From: an uncultured Gammaproteobacteria bacterium | Lineage (GTDB): Bacteria; Patescibacteriota; Patescibacteriia; 2-12-FULL-60-25 | Assembly (NCBI GenBank): GCA_964365615.1 | Contig: CAYIQM010000002.1 | Location: 1-35,616, forward strand | Direction: 5' to 3' | Length of the DNA stretch: 35,616 nucleotides | Shown here: piece by piece, positions 32,793 to 35,616 of the stretch | How positions within the stretch are numbered: position 1 is the stretch's first letter | Layout of the letters: each line of letters starts with the position of its first letter | Position numbers and translations under genes: made by a program | Notes under the pieces: generated by a model | Told to the model about the DNA's origin: nothing | The model's database searches: none | What the model saw: only the letters and a program-made list of their open reading frames with translations

Positions 32793-33380
32793 ATGTGGAT
32801 TCTTCAAAATGCCTCAAAACTCACAATTCGTCAACGCAAGGTCATCGCCGTCTTTGTGATGACGTTTGTGATCACAAACTCACATGTTTCAGCTGCGCAT
32901 GCGGCAGATGTGTCTTTGGATACGACCGTGACAGCCGTCGCGTCAATTGAAAGGGCGGATCCCCCGATGATTCCAAAAGCGTCTCTCCCATCGTCTCCCG
33001 AAAAGCCGATTGTTGCGATTCGGACGCTCACGACAGCCGTGACCGCCTACAATTCAGAGTCGCATCAGACGGACGACTCGCCGTTCGTGACCGCTTCAGG
33101 ATCCTGTGTGCACGAAGGAATTGTCGCGTCGAACGCTTTTCGCATCGGCACGAAAATTCGTTTGCCGGAACTTTTTGGCGAGAAGATTTTTGTTGTCGAA
33201 GACCGCATGAATGCGCGTTACGCACACCGCGTGGATATTTGGATGAACTCGGCAACAGATGCGCGAGAGCTCGGGGTCAAGCGAAACGTGAAGATCGAAG
33301 TTATCTCCGATGGAGATGGCAAAAAACACTGGGATGAAGGGTGGACGAACGAGGAGTGCGCGCAGTTGGCTCGACAATAG
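32793..33380 (+). CDS. Secreted 3D-domain (MltA/RlpA-like) cell-wall protein
   Basis: Signal-like N-terminus ...VITNSHVSAAHA. VTAYNSESHQTDDSPFVTASG....G.VASN....GTKIRLPE...K.FVVEDRMN......VDIWM is typical of 3D domains. Confidence 0.8.
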   Translation: MWILQNASKLTIRQRKVIAVFVMTFVITNSHVSAAHAADVSLDTTVTAVASIERADPPMIPKASLPSSPEKPIVAIRTLTTAVTAYNSESHQTDDSPFVTASGSCVHEGIVASNAFRIGTKIRLPELFGEKIFVVEDRMNARYAHRVDIWMNSATDARELGVKRNVKIEVISDGDGKKHWDEGWTNEECAQLARQ

Positions 33381-33432
33381 ATCCATTGATTGATACATTT
33401 CTCGCGGCAACGGCACTCCTTGCATCCAACGT

Positions 33433-33507
33433 GGCCAGGTAGCCAAGTGGTAAGGCGGGAGTCTGCAAAACTCCTATTCACGGGTTCGATTCCCGTCCTG
33501 GCCTCCA
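33433..33507 (+). tRNA. tRNA-Cys (GCA), with encoded CCA
   Basis: Hand-folded cloverleaf. Acceptor GGCCAGG/CCTGGCC, anticodon stem GGAGT/ACTCC with loop CTGCAAA, T arm ACGGG-TTCGATT-CCCGT, discriminator U73 (a Cys identity element), then CCA. Confidence 0.93.
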
Positions 33508-33558
33508 TGCGCCGTCCATTCCTTTTCGTCTCACCGATCGTGAGGCGCGAAGGAATGT

Positions 33559-34266
33559 ATGCTCATTTTTGCGCATCGGGGCGTTCACAATCGCGGCGTG
33601 TCCGAGAACACGCTCGAGGCGTTTGAAGAAGGAATCCGTCAAGGCGCGGACGGCATTGAATTTGACCTCCGCGTGTCGAAAGACGGCGAGCTGGTCGTCG
33701 TGCATGATGTGAATTTGCATCGGGTCGCAGGCGATGCGCACCGCGTCAACGAATTAACCCTCAAAGAACTTCAATCGCTCACCCTGCGACAGGGTGGAAC
33801 GATCCCCTCTCTTCAAGATGTGACGTCGCGCATCCATGCGCCCGCGATGCTCGACATGGAATTGAAACATCTCACGGCGGTTGAACCTCTGCTTCGGAAG
33901 CTCAAGACAAGTGCCGTACTTCGGGAGCGCACGATCGTTTCTTCCTTTCAGTCCGCGATTCTTGAACAATTTCACCGCGAAGTTCCGGATGTGCGGCGGT
34001 TATTCCTGATCCGCCACTGGCCGTTCCCCTTTCGTGGAGCAGCGTTTCGGCGCAAGATTGAGCGTCTCGAGCCATGGGCAATCGCCGCTCGACTGTTTCT
34101 GCTCACGCGTCGGCGCGTGCGATATTTGAGAAGCCTCGGCGTGCTGGTTGGCGCATGGGACATACGCAGAACGGCTCGCGAAGCACGCGCAGCGAGGCGG
34201 ATCGGCGTAGACATCGCGATCGTAAAACATGTTCGCGAGGCGCGTATTCCACAGATCACGCCTTGA
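33559..34266 (+). CDS. Glycerophosphodiester phosphodiesterase family protein
   Basis: IFAHRG.....ENTLEAFEEGIRQGADGIEFDLRVSKDGELVVVHD is the GDPD catalytic signature. Confidence 0.88.
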   Translation: MLIFAHRGVHNRGVSENTLEAFEEGIRQGADGIEFDLRVSKDGELVVVHDVNLHRVAGDAHRVNELTLKELQSLTLRQGGTIPSLQDVTSRIHAPAMLDMELKHLTAVEPLLRKLKTSAVLRERTIVSSFQSAILEQFHREVPDVRRLFLIRHWPFPFRGAAFRRKIERLEPWAIAARLFLLTRRRVRYLRSLGVLVGAWDIRRTAREARAARRIGVDIAIVKHVREARIPQITP

Positions 34267-34335
34267 CGGCCTTTGTCGTTTCACCTATCCTATGAGCCCG
34301 TTCATCATGAACGGTTCTTTCCCAAAGGAGGGATC

Positions 34336-35307
34336 ATGAACGTTTCGTCCGATCTTCCCACTTCGTCGCATCCCGAGTTCAGAATGTTGACCGCCACGAG
34401 CGATACACTCGCGGCTGAGCTTTTGGCACGTCGCGTGACGTCCAACCGCATCGTGCAGGCGTCTCGTACGTCCGAGAGCGTGCTGTCCATTGGCTATCTC
34501 ACGGGAAGCATGGAAGCGTCTTCGTTCACGACGCGTTTCCCCATGTGGGGAGCAAGTGACGTTCGTTCCATTGTTCGTCTCTCGAGTTCGCTCTGCGCCA
34601 TCGAAGCGACACATCATGAGCCACGATTCGTTTCGCAGATGCTTCAGGTGATGCGCATCCTCGCGAAGCTCAAAACCGAGGCGGGGAATCCACCCGATGA
34701 CATGTACTTCGTTTCCCGCGATGCGGCTCCTTGCCACCAACTCGTTCTGGATCTGCACGATGGCAATCCGGTCACGCTCTGGTCACCGGAGAAAGACGGC
34801 GTTACGAGCGTGCGGAAACATCGGTATCAGCCGGCTCTCGTCGGCGTTTTCACAACTGCGAATGGTCGCGGCACGCATCTTGTGACGACTCCGCTACGCC
34901 CAGCTTTGCTCACCCCAGCGCGGCTTGCAGATCTGGACAACTGGAGACGGCTGTCGGATGACGAGAGCGATGGAATGAGCATCGTGTCGCTGTCGCGTCC
35001 GCATACGACAGATGATTCCATGCAGCTGTGCGCGATGCTCTCCAATGGAGATGAGGCACGCGTCTCCGCGGCGAGGGTCATCTACCTCCAAGGAGATCTC
35101 TGTACGCAGACATCGGGCACTCTACCGGACGCGCCGTACAAGACTTCGCATGTCATCCTCGGCCGTTTGCCGAGTCAGCCCAAGTTCTGGATGGGTTATT
35201 CCTGTGTCGGGTCCAGATCGGACCGCGAGACCATCGAAGTGACGCTCCTCACCGAGATCCCTACGAACCCATCATGTCCGTTCGAAGCGCTTCCCACGAA
35301 GCAATGA
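34336..35307 (+). CDS. Hypothetical protein (323 aa), no recognisable domain
   Basis: ORF 34273.. trimmed to the ATG at 34336, which has an AAGGAGGG Shine-Dalgarno (34325-34332) upstream. Long open frame. Confidence 0.65.
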   Translation: MNVSSDLPTSSHPEFRMLTATSDTLAAELLARRVTSNRIVQASRTSESVLSIGYLTGSMEASSFTTRFPMWGASDVRSIVRLSSSLCAIEATHHEPRFVSQMLQVMRILAKLKTEAGNPPDDMYFVSRDAAPCHQLVLDLHDGNPVTLWSPEKDGVTSVRKHRYQPALVGVFTTANGRGTHLVTTPLRPALLTPARLADLDNWRRLSDDESDGMSIVSLSRPHTTDDSMQLCAMLSNGDEARVSAARVIYLQGDLCTQTSGTLPDAPYKTSHVILGRLPSQPKFWMGYSCVGSRSDRETIEVTLLTEIPTNPSCPFEALPTKQ

Positions 35308-35540
35308 ATGTGGGTCCAGCTCCTTCTCCGTGCGTCCCGACGGCATTCTGCGTCGGGGCGCATCTTCTTTTCAGGCGGATCAACTTGCGTTATCGTGTAA
35401 AGGCCTACGAATGTATCCCGCCTCTGGCGGGACCCCGCATTCCTTGATTGTTGGAATAAGTGGCGGGGCGAAGGGTACATACGAATATTCGAGTATTCGT
35501 ACATTCGCATGTTCCAGTCGTATCTTCGTAGACCACACAT

Positions 35541-35616
35541 ATGGAAAAAGCTTTATTAATTGATGGCAACGCGCTCATCCACCGCGCGTGGCATGCATTG
35601 CCGCGACTCACGTCGC
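35541..35616 (+). CDS. polA: 5' end of DNA polymerase I / 5'-3' exonuclease (partial; runs off the window)
   Basis: MEKALLIDGNALIHRAWHALPRLTS matches the conserved LLIDG..L..RA..AL N-terminus of the Pol I 5' nuclease domain. Confidence 0.7.
   Translation, partial: MEKALLIDGNALIHRAWHALPRLTS

Noticed and set aside
32750-32950. 66-aa ORF starting at the GTG at 32750, 8 nt after the -10 element (leaderless geometry).
   Set aside because: Cys/His/Arg-rich implausible product, out of frame with and overlapping the well-supported 3D-domain gene. The promoter more likely serves the ATG at 32793 with a leader of about 45 nt.
1-35616. Looked for CRISPR arrays, rRNA genes, integrases/recombinases, reverse transcriptases (retron/DGR/group II intron) and restriction-modification genes.
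   Set aside because: No spaced direct-repeat array and no ORF with the corresponding catalytic motifs was seen. The only mobile-element trace is the IS5-like relic at 19998-20285.

Overview
35.6-kb gene-dense bacterial chromosomal window. Most of it is housekeeping: pnp, dksA-like/lspA, comM/yifB, LysM-M23 peptidase, tig, nfo, yidD-rnpA-rpmH, dnaA-dnaN, a class A PBP, tRNA-Cys, a GDPD and the first 25 codons of polA. Standard genetic code: TGA, TAA and TAG all terminate clear genes. Short leaders, small TA modules and many orphans suggest an uncultivated small-genome lineage (CPR/Patescibacteria-like), but that is only a guess. Three accessory patches stand out. (i) 0.2-7.0 kb holds a consensus promoter running into a strong terminator (candidate sRNA or leader) and a TrmB-like regulator. 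It also holds a 1026-aa orphan protein ending in a GNAT-like domain, a NYN-domain gene and a MntA/HepT (NTase/HEPN) pair. (ii) 10.6-11.2 kb holds a DnaA-box cluster followed by DNA whose coding strand is ambiguous. (iii) 20.0-27.3 kb holds a seven-gene minus-strand Cu(I)/soft-metal operon: CopA, a CopZ-like chaperone, an Asp-box propeller, an HMA-DsbD_2-cupredoxin fusion and Cys- and Met-rich membrane proteins. This operon and a decayed IS5-like transposase remnant sit inside the normally contiguous rpmH|dnaA junction. No CRISPR array, rRNA, integrase or intact transposase was seen. All function calls rest on motif recognition by eye; no database search was possible.
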